A stretch of 64,000 bases of DNA from Polyangiales bacterium. Lineage in GTDB: Bacteria; Myxococcota_A; Polyangia; Polyangiales; JADJQN01. A program made the translations under genes and the position numbers. The DNA lies in NCBI GenBank assembly GCA_964202905.1, contig CAXNJO010000003.1, positions 512,001 to 576,000 of the forward strand, in the 5' to 3' direction. The notes beneath the pieces were generated by a model. The model did not search any database, was not told the DNA's origin, and saw only the letters and a list, made by a program, of their open reading frames with translations. How positions within the stretch are numbered: the stretch's first letter is position 1; each line of letters opens with the position of its first letter. Below, in pieces: positions 19,092-33,387 of this stretch.

Positions 19092-21245
19092 TCAGAACTT
19101 GTAGGTCACGCCGAGACGCACGTAGAGCTCGGGATCCGCGGTGAACGGCCCCCAGTCGCCGAACATCCGGCGGCCGAGCGAGCGCGGAACGCTGCCGCTG
19201 CGGTCGACGCCGTTGCCATCCGCGAGGATGCCATCAAGCTGGCCAAACGCGTTCCAGTTGCGACCGAGCACGAACTCCATCGCGCCGCCGAGTCGGAAGC
19301 GCGCGGCCGCGTTGCGTCCGGGGAGGTCGCTGCCCGAGGCGACGGGGAGCGTCGCGTCGCTGTCGCGCTCCGCGTAGCCGTACTGGTCGGTGTAGTAGTC
19401 GAGCGCGCCCCAGAGCGTGACGCTCGCGCCCGCCCCGAAATACAGCGAAAACAGCGCCTCGAGCGAGAAGCCAAAGGTGTTGATCGGGTAGCCGAGGCGC
19501 GTCGCGCACGTCGCCGCGGCATCCGGGCAGGCGCCCTCGTACGTCGGACCGATGCCGCCACCGAGCCGCGCCGCGACGCCGGCCGCGATCTGCGGGGTGA
19601 AGCGCCGGCTCAGCTCGACGCGCCCCTCGAACTCGGTCGCGCGCCCGAACATCGAGCGCACCGTGAAGCCCGCCTCGAGGTAGTCCGTGAGGCCGACCCC
19701 GAGCCGCATCTCCGCGAGGTGTGGCCACCCGAGCGACAGCCCGATCACGAAGAGTTCCGGCGGGAGCGGCCCCGCGGCGGTGATCATCGCGGTACGGCGC
19801 TCGAGCAGGCGCCGCTGCGCGCGCTCGGCCCGGGTCTGGTCCTGCTCTTCGTCCGCCACGTTCCGCAGCGTCGCCGTGATCGCGCGGCGTTCGGCGCTCG
19901 CGACGAGGTCGATCTGCGCGACGTACGGCGCATGCCCCTCCGCCCGCACCTCGATCTGATGCTGCCCCACCGGCAAGTTCCCCTCGTAAGGCGTGGGGCC
20001 GCGGGGCCGTCCATCGACGACGAGCTCGGCGCCCTCGACGTTCGCCGTGACGAGCACAGGCGTCCCGATCGGCTCGAGGCGCGCGTCGATCGTGCAGTTC
20101 TGACCAGCCCGGATCTCGCACGTCGTGCGGAAGTCCTCGTAGCCCTGCGCGACGACCACGACCGCGTGTGCGCCCCCGGGCGCGTTCTCCACGACCACGG
20201 GCGCCTGGCCCCGGTCCTCCCCGTCGATGGTCACGTGGGCGGTGCCGACGTTCGCGCTGACGACGATGCGCCCCGGCGGGAGCGACTGCGCGCGCAGTTC
20301 GAGCGAGACCACGCGCTGCGCGCCGGCCTCGATCGTGACGGTCTGCATCAGCCGCTCGTATCCGTCCGCCACGGCTTCCACGATGTGCTCGCCCGGCGCG
20401 AGGTTCGCACGCGTCGCCGGGGCCTCGCCGAGCGCCTCACCGTCGACGCTCACCCGCGCACCCGCCGCATTCGCGAGGACGCGCAGCGTCCCACCCTGCG
20501 GCGCGGCCGGACGCAGCGTGACGTTCAGCGTCGCGCGCTGGCCAGTCTGGATGGTGACGGTCTCGGTGCGCGCCGGCAGCCCCGGCGCACGGAGCTCGAC
20601 GGCGTGCGCACCGGGCGAGAGGTTCTCGATGAAGGTGGGCGTGGTCCCGCGGACCTGCGCGTCGCCGTCGATACGCACTTCGGCGCCGGAGACGTCGGAC
20701 GCGACGAGCAGCGAGCCCGTCTGCGGCGCCTCGCGCTCGAGCACTACCGGGAGTTGCAGCCCCTGGGCCGGAGCGAGGTCCACCCACTGACTGAAGGTCA
20801 CGAACCCCTCGCGGCCCACCTGCACGAGGTGGCGGCCGGGCGACAAACTCGCCGAATACGGCACGTTCCCGACTGGAACCCCATCGACGCGCACCGCTGC
20901 GCCGATGGTCGCTTCGCTGCCGCCGCTGATCGCGATCGTCGAAAGCGGACTCAGCGTCGCGCGGAAGGTCTCCCGCCGCGTGCGGATCGTGACCTGCGCT
21001 TGCGCGTCGGCATGCCGCTCGAGCCGGAAATGCAGGGTGTGCGCGCCACCGGGAACCCGCACGGCGCGGCACGGCGTCGTGCAAAGCGCAGCGCCACCCG
21101 GCGCGTCGACGAACACCTGTGCGCCGGCCGGCGTCGACTCGATGTTGACCGGAACGAGCGCTTGCGCCGACGCACGCGAGGCGATGGCCGAGAGCCCGAG
21201 CACGAAGATGCCCAACCACCGAGCGACACGATCACACCGACGCAT
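19092..21245 (-). CDS. Secreted/outer-membrane protein with six PEGA repeats and probable C-terminal beta-barrel
   Basis: Signal peptide; six repeats of the form S..xGAxVxxDG...G.TP...PG.H; C-terminal amphipathic strands ending GVTYKF. Confidence 0.85.
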   Translation of the reverse strand: MRRCDRVARWLGIFVLGLSAIASRASAQALVPVNIESTPAGAQVFVDAPGGAALCTTPCRAVRVPGGAHTLHFRLERHADAQAQVTIRTRRETFRATLSPLSTIAISGGSEATIGAAVRVDGVPVGNVPYSASLSPGRHLVQVGREGFVTFSQWVDLAPAQGLQLPVVLEREAPQTGSLLVASDVSGAEVRIDGDAQVRGTTPTFIENLSPGAHAVELRAPGLPARTETVTIQTGQRATLNVTLRPAAPQGGTLRVLANAAGARVSVDGEALGEAPATRANLAPGEHIVEAVADGYERLMQTVTIEAGAQRVVSLELRAQSLPPGRIVVSANVGTAHVTIDGEDRGQAPVVVENAPGGAHAVVVVAQGYEDFRTTCEIRAGQNCTIDARLEPIGTPVLVTANVEGAELVVDGRPRGPTPYEGNLPVGQHQIEVRAEGHAPYVAQIDLVASAERRAITATLRNVADEEQDQTRAERAQRRLLERRTAMITAAGPLPPELFVIGLSLGWPHLAEMRLGVGLTDYLEAGFTVRSMFGRATEFEGRVELSRRFTPQIAAGVAARLGGGIGPTYEGACPDAAATCATRLGYPINTFGFSLEALFSLYFGAGASVTLWGALDYYTDQYGYAERDSDATLPVASGSDLPGRNAAARFRLGGAMEFVLGRNWNAFGQLDGILADGNGVDRSGSVPRSLGRRMFGDWGPFTADPELYVRLGVTYKF

Positions 21246-21387
21246 GAGACCTCCCGGGGGGACGAGGGCGACTTCTAATCGCGGATGTTCCTTTGTTCAA
21301 GGCTCGCACTCGGGCAAGGCCGCGACAACGGAGGTCACGGCGGGACGCACCGCGCGTCATGCAGTGTCGCGAGCGTCGAACGGTTCC

Positions 21388-21894
21388 TCAGGGAGCGGCG
21401 AACGCTGACTCGACGCGCTCGGGCGTGGTTCCAAATGCATGCGCAACCCGCCGATAGACCCAGGGGACGAGTCTTCCGCCGGGCGGCACGAGGATGGCGG
21501 CGAGATCCGCATCGTCGACTCCGAGGCCGACAGACTCCGGCCACGCGAGGCCCTGCTCACGCGCGCGCACGAAGTCGCGGGCACCTCCCGCGACGGCCTT
21601 CGCGCGAAGTGCGACGCGGAGCCATGCGTGGACGGCGCTCTGCAAACGGGCCCATTCCGGCAGAGGCGCATCGCCGCGCGCCGCGCGGTCGAGTTCAGCG
21701 AGACGTGCTTCGATCACTGCCATCGGCAACAGGTCGAGTTCGCGCAACGCGGACGGGAACTGCGCAGCCAGCGCGCGCAAGGCGGGGCGCGGGTCTACCG
21801 GATCGCCCGCAGCATGCAGCGCGCGGAGCCGCTGAATCGCCTCGTATTTGAGCGCGAGCGCGGCAGCGTCGGCCCGTTCTGCCAGTGCCTCCAC
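21388..21894 (-). CDS. Hypothetical helical protein
   Basis: 168-aa ORF starting 3 nt after the transglycosylase stop, with protein-like composition. Confidence 0.65.
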   Translation of the reverse strand: MEALAERADAAALALKYEAIQRLRALHAAGDPVDPRPALRALAAQFPSALRELDLLPMAVIEARLAELDRAARGDAPLPEWARLQSAVHAWLRVALRAKAVAGGARDFVRAREQGLAWPESVGLGVDDADLAAILVPPGGRLVPWVYRRVAHAFGTTPERVESAFAAP

Positions 21895-21897
21895 GCG

Positions 21898-24435
21898 TCA
21901 CTCGCCGTCGGACGACCAGCTGGCCGCCCCATCGTCTTGCCACGCCGCTTCCGGCTCGGCGCCGTCGTCACCTGTCACGTCCGACCAGCCAGCAGCGGAC
22001 ACCTCGGGCAGCCCGAACGGCAAGGGTTCGGTGCTCCCGACCAGCACGCGCGGCGGCGGCGGCTCGGCGCCCTCACGGTGAAAAGCGAGCACATCGATCT
22101 CGGCGAGCCCGGCCGCGAGCGCGACCTCGTCGATCCGTCCCCGCGACGCCAGACGCCGCAGGAACCCTCGCAGTCGGTCGCGCAGCCGCGGCGACGGTTC
22201 GCCGTCCTCGTACGCCTGATGGAACAGCTTCGGGCTCGGCAGAATCATCGCGAGAAAGGCGCTCTCGCCGACGGACAGTTCGCGCGGTTCACGGCCGAAG
22301 TAATGCGACGCCGCGCTGCGAACGCCATAGATCGCCGGGCCGTACTCGATCACGTTGAGATACAGCTCGAGAATCTTCTCCTTGTCGAGGACACGCTCGA
22401 TCCACCAGGTGAGCAGCACCTCCTGCACCTTGCGGGCGAGCGTCTTTTCTCGATGCAGAAACACGTTCTTCACGAGTTGCATCGTGATCGTGCTCGCCCC
22501 TTGTACGTAACGGCCGGCGCGCAGGTTCCGCACGAGCGCGACCTGGATCTCCGAAGGCGCAAAGCCGTGATGCCGGAGAAACCCTCCATCCTCGTGGGCC
22601 ATCACCGCATGCGGGAGAAACGGGCTGATCTCCGAGATCGGTGTCCACGCCGCGGAACCCGGTCCCGTCTCGAACACGAACTCCGTGTCGTCCGGCTCAA
22701 CGACCCGGTGCTCGAACGGCCGAGTGAAACGGCGGAGATCGGCCAGCATCGGGACAGCCTCGAACTCGCAGTCGTCGTCGACGTGGACCTCCACCTTCGT
22801 CGCCTCGAGGTCTGCTGCGTCGACATGGACCCGGAGGCGTCCGGCCAACGTCCCGGCGAGCCGGAAGCCCGCCAAGTCGGCCAGCAGATCCGCAGGGATC
22901 GCGCCCACAGCGACACCGCACGGCGTCGTCGGAAGCGTCGCGTTCACGTCGACGAGGTATCCGCTGGAGCCCCACTCGAGCGCACCGTCGAGCGCCACCG
23001 CGACGGAACCTCCGGAGGCTGGACCTGCCCCGTCCAGCGAAAGTCGCGCCCCATGGACTTCGAGCCGACGGCGCGACGGCACGAACGACGCGCGTCCCGA
23101 TATGCCGACCGCGAGTCCACGCACGGGAGCCGGCGCGATCCGCGACGACTCGAGCACAGCACCGCTCACGTCGACGTTGCCCGCCAGTGAGAGGCGGTCG
23201 AGGCCCTCCGCGCGGACGGCGACGTCCGCATCGACACGTGCCGCGCCCGCGTGGAGGGACGTCAACGTGGGGAAAAAAGGGAGGAACATCGCAAGCGGGA
23301 GGCGGACCATCCGCACGGCGCCCTCACCCCGCAATTCCGACGGTCGGACCTCGAGGTCCCAATGAAGCATTCCGGAGGGCACGCCCGTGCCGGTCCCCCA
23401 GGTGCGGAACACGTTCCCGGGCTCTCGAACGATGGCTCCGTGGAGTCGACGAACCACGTCCGATTCGCCCATCGGCCCGCGGTTCGCGACGACGACGTCA
23501 CCGACCCAAAACCTGGCCCGGTCGGCCACGTGCGCGAGCCATCTGCCCGCCGCGCTCTCGTCCGCCGGCATCGAGTGCGCTGCGGTCGCGCTTGCTCGGG
23601 GGACTGCCGCGAGAACGCCCCGTCCGAATGCAATCCGAAGACGCTCGCGAGTCGAGGCAGCGGATGACCCGGTCGGTGGGGCCCCATCCTCGGATGCGCC
23701 CGCTACCACACGTCCAGAGCGCACGGAAACCATCCCCAGTTGCCACAGCCCCGCTTCCCGTGAGAGCGCCACGTCGAGCCCAGCGCACGTCCAGCGCTCG
23801 CTGTCTTCTCCGCCAACATCCAAGCGCGACACGCTCATCGCGAGCGTCGATGCATTCGACACGATCCGCGCGCCATCGAACGACACCAACAGACCGGACT
23901 CGTCGCGAACCTGCCCGGCAAGCCGCTCCACGCGAACGGAGCGCGAAACGTTACGCCGCCCGGCGTCCGCGCGATTGCGCTCACGCAGACCTTCCATCCA
24001 GCGCTGGAACCCCGGCGCGGACACGTTCACGTCCGCATCGACACCTTCGACCCGCGCGGAGCGACAGGCGGAGCCCCCCTGCCAAAGCCAGGTCACGGGC
24101 GAACAATCCATAGCCACGCGCTCGACACGCAAGCGCACTCCCTCGTTCTCTCCCGCAACAACGAGCCCCTCGAGCTCCACGCGGCCAAGCGCCACATGCG
24201 CGAGCGACACTGAAGCGCCCACGTGAAGCCGCTTCACCAGTGCACGTTCGGCGTACCGTCGCACGACCTCAGGCAGCGCGAAACGCCACAGCGCCCCGAC
24301 CAGCACCGACACGGCGACGACGGCGAACAGAACACGCTTGGCACGCTCGGACCGCACGACCCGTCGGGATGTAGCACGACGGGATTCTCGCGCCGCGATG
24401 CAAACGCCCAAACACGACTCCGATGAGCTCGGCAT
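21898..24435 (-). CDS. Large monofunctional peptidoglycan transglycosylase (GT51, MtgA-like) with long N-terminal extension
   Basis: HEDGGFLRHHG, GASTITMQLVKN, RKVQE, KILELYLNVIEYG. No transpeptidase domain; N-terminal TM. Start uncertain. Confidence 0.88.
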   Translation of the reverse strand: MPSSSESCLGVCIAARESRRATSRRVVRSERAKRVLFAVVAVSVLVGALWRFALPEVVRRYAERALVKRLHVGASVSLAHVALGRVELEGLVVAGENEGVRLRVERVAMDCSPVTWLWQGGSACRSARVEGVDADVNVSAPGFQRWMEGLRERNRADAGRRNVSRSVRVERLAGQVRDESGLLVSFDGARIVSNASTLAMSVSRLDVGGEDSERWTCAGLDVALSREAGLWQLGMVSVRSGRVVAGASEDGAPPTGSSAASTRERLRIAFGRGVLAAVPRASATAAHSMPADESAAGRWLAHVADRARFWVGDVVVANRGPMGESDVVRRLHGAIVREPGNVFRTWGTGTGVPSGMLHWDLEVRPSELRGEGAVRMVRLPLAMFLPFFPTLTSLHAGAARVDADVAVRAEGLDRLSLAGNVDVSGAVLESSRIAPAPVRGLAVGISGRASFVPSRRRLEVHGARLSLDGAGPASGGSVAVALDGALEWGSSGYLVDVNATLPTTPCGVAVGAIPADLLADLAGFRLAGTLAGRLRVHVDAADLEATKVEVHVDDDCEFEAVPMLADLRRFTRPFEHRVVEPDDTEFVFETGPGSAAWTPISEISPFLPHAVMAHEDGGFLRHHGFAPSEIQVALVRNLRAGRYVQGASTITMQLVKNVFLHREKTLARKVQEVLLTWWIERVLDKEKILELYLNVIEYGPAIYGVRSAASHYFGREPRELSVGESAFLAMILPSPKLFHQAYEDGEPSPRLRDRLRGFLRRLASRGRIDEVALAAGLAEIDVLAFHREGAEPPPPRVLVGSTEPLPFGLPEVSAAGWSDVTGDDGAEPEAAWQDDGAASWSSDGE

Positions 24436-24619
24436 GGGTCTTTGGGGAATCGTGAGGCCGACCTACGTTTTTACGGGTTGACGGCAACCGTCTCGTGGGG
24501 CCGCGCACTGTCGCGCCCCCCGCGTCACGCCGCGGCGACCAAAGCACGCGCGCGGAACGCAGACCAATGCGGAGGGCCAGCGACGCGGACCGTCCGCAGA
24601 TTCCGCGGACGGAATAAGT

Positions 24620-24651
24620 GAACCCCGCCTCCAGTAAAGGAGACGGGGTTC
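24620..24651 (-). terminator. rrn operon intrinsic terminator
   Basis: GAACCCCGTCTCC-TTTACT-GGAGGCGGGGTTC 13-bp stem just after the 5S gene, followed by ACTTATT. Confidence 0.75.
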
Positions 24652-24658
24652 GAAGAAA

Positions 24659-24775
24659 ACCCGGCAGCGTCCTACTCTCCCACACACTTACGCGTGCAGT
24701 ACCATCGGCTCTGGAGGGCTTGACTTCCGAGTTCGAGATGGGATCGGGTATGGCCCCTCCGACATTGCCGCCGGA
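24659..24775 (-). rRNA. rrf: 5S ribosomal RNA
   Basis: CCCGATCCCATCTCGAACTCGGAAGTCAAG, GCCGATGGTACTGC, GGGAGAGTAGGACGCTGCCGG. Ends approximate. Confidence 0.97.
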
Positions 24776-24936
24776 AGAAGTGGAAGTGTCCGCTCGCTCC
24801 GCGTGCGTCGCACGACGGAATTGACAGCGCCGAATTTGTGTTTCCGGGGCTGGGCGGCGAGCGCTCGGCACCCTGAGGTGTCCGCGCGACGCTCTTACTC
24901 CCAACCCTGGACTCGAGTTCGATGTTTGCCTTAGAG

Positions 24937-27958
<3,022 letters not shown>

Positions 27959-28210
27959 TACCCCTAAGGCACGCATCGATGACTCGAATCCAGGGTTCGT
28001 CGCAAGAGCAGAAGCCTTGCCAAACCCGGACCGACATCATCGGCGCAATTCGTCTACGAGAAAAAAACACTTCCACGTATTAAATTTTCAGTAGGCACAC
28101 TGGACAGAGTCCAGGCTTGGAGGCCGGTCGCCTCGTTCGGTACCTCGAGCGCTGCTCGAGACATCGAACCAAGAGACCGACTGGCCGGCAGCGAACCTGC
28201 GGGCATGCGG

Positions 28211-28283
28211 TGGAGCTGATCGGGATCGAACCGATGACCCCCGGCTTGCAAAGCCGGTGCTCTCCCAGCTGAGCTACAGCCCC
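28211..28283 (-). tRNA. tRNA-Ala(TGC)
   Basis: GGGGCTGTAGCTCAGCTGGGAGAGCACCGGCTTTGCAAGCCGGGGGTCATCGGTTCGATCCCGATCAGCTCCA; CCA not encoded. Confidence 0.97.
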
Positions 28284-28344
28284 TCGTGAGCTCGAACTCA
28301 GCGACACCTGCAGGGAGGCCGCTACCCAGCGAAGCCGGGTCCGG

Positions 28345-28418
28345 TGGGCCACGCTAGACTTGAACTAGCGACCTCACGCTTATCAAGCGTGCGCTCTAAC
28401 CAGCTGAGCTAGTGGCCC
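28345..28418 (-). tRNA. tRNA-Ile(GAT)
   Basis: GGGCCACTAGCTCAGCTGGTTAGAGCGCACGCTTGATAAGCGTGAGGTCGCTAGTTCAAGTCTAGCGTGGCCCA; CCA not encoded. Confidence 0.97.
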
Positions 28419-28564
28419 GTTATACGACAGGGCTCGCTCTGCTATTTGTGCCGTAGATTCTCAGAGAGCACCGCTTGCGGGCGGCACGACTCCTCAAAAC
28501 TGAGCCGGAGTTCCATTGGATGAGCGGGTATGACCGAGCTCCCTGTACCGAGGTACGGGGAATG

Positions 28565-30130
<1,566 letters not shown>

Positions 30131-30401
30131 GAAAACTGTGAGCGTCCTTTGTGGCGACCGGCTAAGAATCGCCACTCGGCTCTCGGATATTACCCAAACT
30201 CGTCAAGGCCGAGACCTTGACGAAGGGACCCGTTCATCCTGCACATTGCTGTGCATTGGATGGAACTCCGATTCAGTTTTCAGGAGTCGAACTTGCTCGC
30301 GGCATCCGGATAGACCGGCGTACCTGGCTAGCTGACTTGCGAAGCATCCGACTCTGCAGCGGCTCCGCTTTCGCGGCGACCCTCGTCTGCAGGGGAGGCG
30401 G

Positions 30402-30429
30402 ATACTGACAGCGTTTTGTTTTCGTGCAA
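30402..30429 (-). promoter_or_regulatory. rrn promoter (proximal, P3)
   Basis: TTGCAC-N16-CAGTAT, A-tract UP element, GC-rich discriminator CCGCCTCCC. Confidence 0.7.
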
Positions 30430-30679
30430 GCTTTTTTTCGACTCGGAAGCTTTTTCTTCCGGCGCCCCGTTTTACCGGGGGAGCTGCTCACCGCCCACCC
30501 AAGGAGGGGCGGTCCCACCAGCGCGACCTGCATCGGTCGCCGAACCTGGCAGAGGGCTTTCTTTCAGCTGATAGCCGGAGGTGCCGCCGTAGCGATACCA
30601 CGCGACCTTCAAACTCTCGAAGAATCCGTCCTTGCAGCGGCCCCGCTTTCGCGGCGACTCTCGCTTCCAAGGGAGGCGG

Positions 30680-30707
30680 ATACTGCCAGTGTTTCGTTTT
30701 CGTGCAA
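30680..30707 (-). promoter_or_regulatory. rrn promoter (middle, P2)
   Basis: TTGCAC-N16-CAGTAT, A-tract UP element, discriminator CCGCCTCCC. Confidence 0.7.
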
Positions 30708-30879
30708 GCTCTTTTTTCGACTCGGAAGCTTTTCTTCCGTCGCTCCGCTTTGCGGAGGGAACTGCTTCACCCGCCGAAGCGGGCGACTTCTGCCAGCGCG
30801 GCCTGCGACGGCCGCCGAACCTGGCAGAGAGCCTTCTTCGTTCGGCTGCTGATGCTGCCGCCCGCCGAAGGGGACGCGG

Positions 30880-30930
30880 ATACTAGCGAAGAGCCTCGCC
30901 GCGTCAAGACTTTTTTGAGTTTTCTTTTTC
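30880..30930 (-). promoter_or_regulatory. rrn promoter (distal, P1) with UP element
   Basis: TTGACG-N16-TAGTAT-CCGCGTCC, preceded by GAAAAAGAAAACTCAAAAAA. Confidence 0.8.
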
Positions 30931-31219
30931 CGGCTGGCGTCGTCGCCATGAGACCGGTGGGAGGCCGGATGCCTCCCGGGAGCGGCCGGCTTGCGCAGCA
31001 GTCTGCGAAGCCTTTTGGAGCGGGCCGTTTTGGGCGACGCACTCAGGGAGACTGCCCGAAGGCTCGTCACCCACCCCTACGCACTCGGAAGCGGTAGGGA
31101 GGCCGTCTCTATCATGGCGGTGAATGCTGTCAACCGTGATCCGTCGATCGGTTGCGGTTATCTTCGCGCGTCTGTCCGGCACTGCGAGAGCGCGGTGTCC
31201 AGCTATAGGGAGATCCTGG

Positions 31220-31714
31220 ATGAAACGTTTCGCAATCGCGGTCTGTGTGTCGTCGCTCGTGGCGTGCGTGGCGGTGTCGTTCGCCGATCTCGGGGGCGCA
31301 CCCGGGCTTGGTCCTGAGCGCGTCGAGGCTCAGGCTCGCACGAAGCGCCCGCCGCGGACGAAGCGGGGCGGTCGGGCACCCGTGGCCGCGCCGAACGCGC
31401 CGGCGGTCGTCGCGTGCGGCGAAGCCGGACAGCCGAAGTGTCCGCTCGACGCGTGGATGGAGGAGAACGTCGAGCCGGCCGCGGAGCGCGGGGACCTCCC
31501 TCGCCTGGCCGAGCTCTACACGAAGATGGCAGCGTTTGCGCCGGACCCGTCGTGGAACACGGGCGCGACGTCCTGGCGGGCCATCTCGGAGGCCGCGGCC
31601 GAGAAGGCGCGCGCCGGCGACATGCGTGGCGCGCGTAGCGCGTGCAAGTCCTGTCATCAGGCGTGGCGCAGCCGCTACCGCGCCGAGTTCCGCGGTCGCA
31701 CTCTGCCGAACTGA
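31220..31714 (+). CDS. Exported c-type cytochrome with C-terminal CxxCH (cytochrome c'-like)
   Basis: GGGAG RBS, signal peptide MKRFAIAVCVSSLVACVAVSFA, helical body, CKSCH near the C-terminus. Confidence 0.75.
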   Translation: MKRFAIAVCVSSLVACVAVSFADLGGAPGLGPERVEAQARTKRPPRTKRGGRAPVAAPNAPAVVACGEAGQPKCPLDAWMEENVEPAAERGDLPRLAELYTKMAAFAPDPSWNTGATSWRAISEAAAEKARAGDMRGARSACKSCHQAWRSRYRAEFRGRTLPN

Positions 31715-31791
31715 CGGCGGCGGCGCAGGTTGGCGGCGGTATGGACGGTGCTCGCCCCCGGGGTGCGCGCCGTTCACCGTACGCGGCGGGG

Positions 31792-32832
31792 TCAATCGAG
31801 CGAAAGGACCCAGGCTTCGTCGCCCGGCTCGAGTGCGAGTTGGGCGGCCGTCTCGGGGGGGACGATGAGGGGCATGGCGGAGCGGTCGTCCGTGGGGAGA
31901 ACGACCGGCGAGGCCACCGCGACGAAGAAGGGGGGGCCATCCTGTTCGCGGGCGACGAGGGCGCGCTGCGCGCCGGTGACCGGCGCCACGTCGATCTCGA
32001 GCGGTCGGGCTCGGCGTACGAGCGACACCTCGTCCGTAGGGGCCACGAAGTGCGGGCCACCGTCGAAGGGATCGACGCGCTCCGCGTAGCGGAATCCGAT
32101 GCGCCGCAGGAGTTTCTCGACCCCGCGGGTCTGCGGACCGACCTTGCCGATGACGTCCTGGGCCTGCGGCGAGAGCAGCGACGCGTAGATGTCGCCCTCG
32201 GGCCAGAGGCCACGGATGAACTCCTTGTTCTTCTTCGAGAGGCGATCCGCCTCGCGGTAGGAGAGGCCCGTGAAGTGCCGGCCGACCGCCTCCCAGAGGT
32301 GCGAGGTGCCATCGGGTTCGAGGGGCGGCAGGAGCTCCGCGAGCAGTTCGGCCTGCATGTCTTCGCGGTGCATCCGGATCCAGAGGAACCGGACGTAGCT
32401 GATGAGCATGCCGAGGCGCTCGGGGGCGCGACGGCAGGCCGGGTGCATCACGAGTCCGCCGATTTCCGTGGGGCCGTTGAACGAGTAACCGATCGACAGG
32501 ACCTTGTGGATGAAGTGCTTGTCGAGGGTCGCGCTGTACTTCTCCTCGGTCATCACGTCGACGTAGATGTACGGGGCCTCGCGTCGGCCGAGCTGGCCGA
32601 TGATCATCGAGGTGCCGATGGCGCGCTGCTCGACGAGGTCGCGCAGGACGAAGACGTACTCGCGACGGCGCGGGTCACCGATGTTCCCGGAGAACGAGCG
32701 CTCGGACACGTCGAGGAGTTCGTCGATCGCGACAGGGTCGTGCGGGAGATTGACGGAGTCGAGGAAGCGGGCGAGCTCGAGGAGGTCGTCGTGGTCGCGG
32801 CGCGTCGCGGCGCGGATCTCGTAGCGGTTCAT
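31792..32832 (-). CDS. astA: Arginine N-succinyltransferase
   Basis: NLPHD, YVFVLRD, TEIGGL, LLAELLPP, WEAVGRHF, VDPFDGGPH. Confidence 0.9.
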   Translation of the reverse strand: MNRYEIRAATRRDHDDLLELARFLDSVNLPHDPVAIDELLDVSERSFSGNIGDPRRREYVFVLRDLVEQRAIGTSMIIGQLGRREAPYIYVDVMTEEKYSATLDKHFIHKVLSIGYSFNGPTEIGGLVMHPACRRAPERLGMLISYVRFLWIRMHREDMQAELLAELLPPLEPDGTSHLWEAVGRHFTGLSYREADRLSKKNKEFIRGLWPEGDIYASLLSPQAQDVIGKVGPQTRGVEKLLRRIGFRYAERVDPFDGGPHFVAPTDEVSLVRRARPLEIDVAPVTGAQRALVAREQDGPPFFVAVASPVVLPTDDRSAMPLIVPPETAAQLALEPGDEAWVLSLD

Positions 32833-32881
32833 GGTTCCTCGAAGCGGCGCGCGACGTGCGGGCCCGGTTTGACGGAGCAAC

Positions 32882-33331
32882 TCAGAAGCGTTTCCGCGTG
32901 TCGACGAGCAGGGTGACGGGCCCGTCGACGTCGGCACGGACGCGCATCATTGCGCGGAAACGGCCCGTCGCGACGGGGAGACCCGTGTCGCGGAGTCGCG
33001 CGCAGGTGTCCTCGTAGAGCGCGCGCGCGGGCTCGGGCGCGGCGGCACCGACGAAGGACGGTCGACGACCGGCGCGGACGTCACCGAAGAGCGTGAATTG
33101 CGAGACGACGAGGACGGCGCCGCCGATGTCCTGAACGCTGCGGGACATCTTGCCGGCCTCGTCCTCGAAGAGGCGGAGGTGGGAGACCTTCGCCGCCATC
33201 GTCGCCGCGTCTTCGGCGGTGTCGTCCGCGCCCACGCCGAGATACACGAGCAGACCGCGCGCGATTGCGCCGACCGTCTCGTCCTCGACGGTGACGCTGG
33301 CGGATGCGACCCGCTGCACGACTGCCCGCAC
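32882..33331 (-). CDS. dtd: D-aminoacyl-tRNA deacylase
   Basis: MRAVVQRV, SQFTL, GRRPSF, DGPVT. Confidence 0.97.
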   Translation of the reverse strand: MRAVVQRVASASVTVEDETVGAIARGLLVYLGVGADDTAEDAATMAAKVSHLRLFEDEAGKMSRSVQDIGGAVLVVSQFTLFGDVRAGRRPSFVGAAAPEPARALYEDTCARLRDTGLPVATGRFRAMMRVRADVDGPVTLLVDTRKRF

Positions 33332-33387
33332 CGCACCGCGCTAGCACGAGCGGATGGACCGCGGCAACGAGGCGGCTCGCCGACTGC

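Larger units (their letters stand above)
30341..30838. repeat. About 278-bp imperfect tandem duplication in the rrn leader, each unit carrying a promoter
   Basis: 30341-30565 versus 30619-30838 share CCGCTTTCGCGGCGAC, GGGAGGCGGATACTG, TTTTCGTGCAAGCT, TCGACTCGGAAGCTTTT and CGCCGAACCTGGCAGAG. Confidence 0.85.

Noticed and set aside
18162..21278. 1038-aa plus-strand ORF
   Set aside because: Antisense shadow of tmk and the PEGA gene. It is Arg/Ala-rich with no motifs, typical of high-GC DNA.
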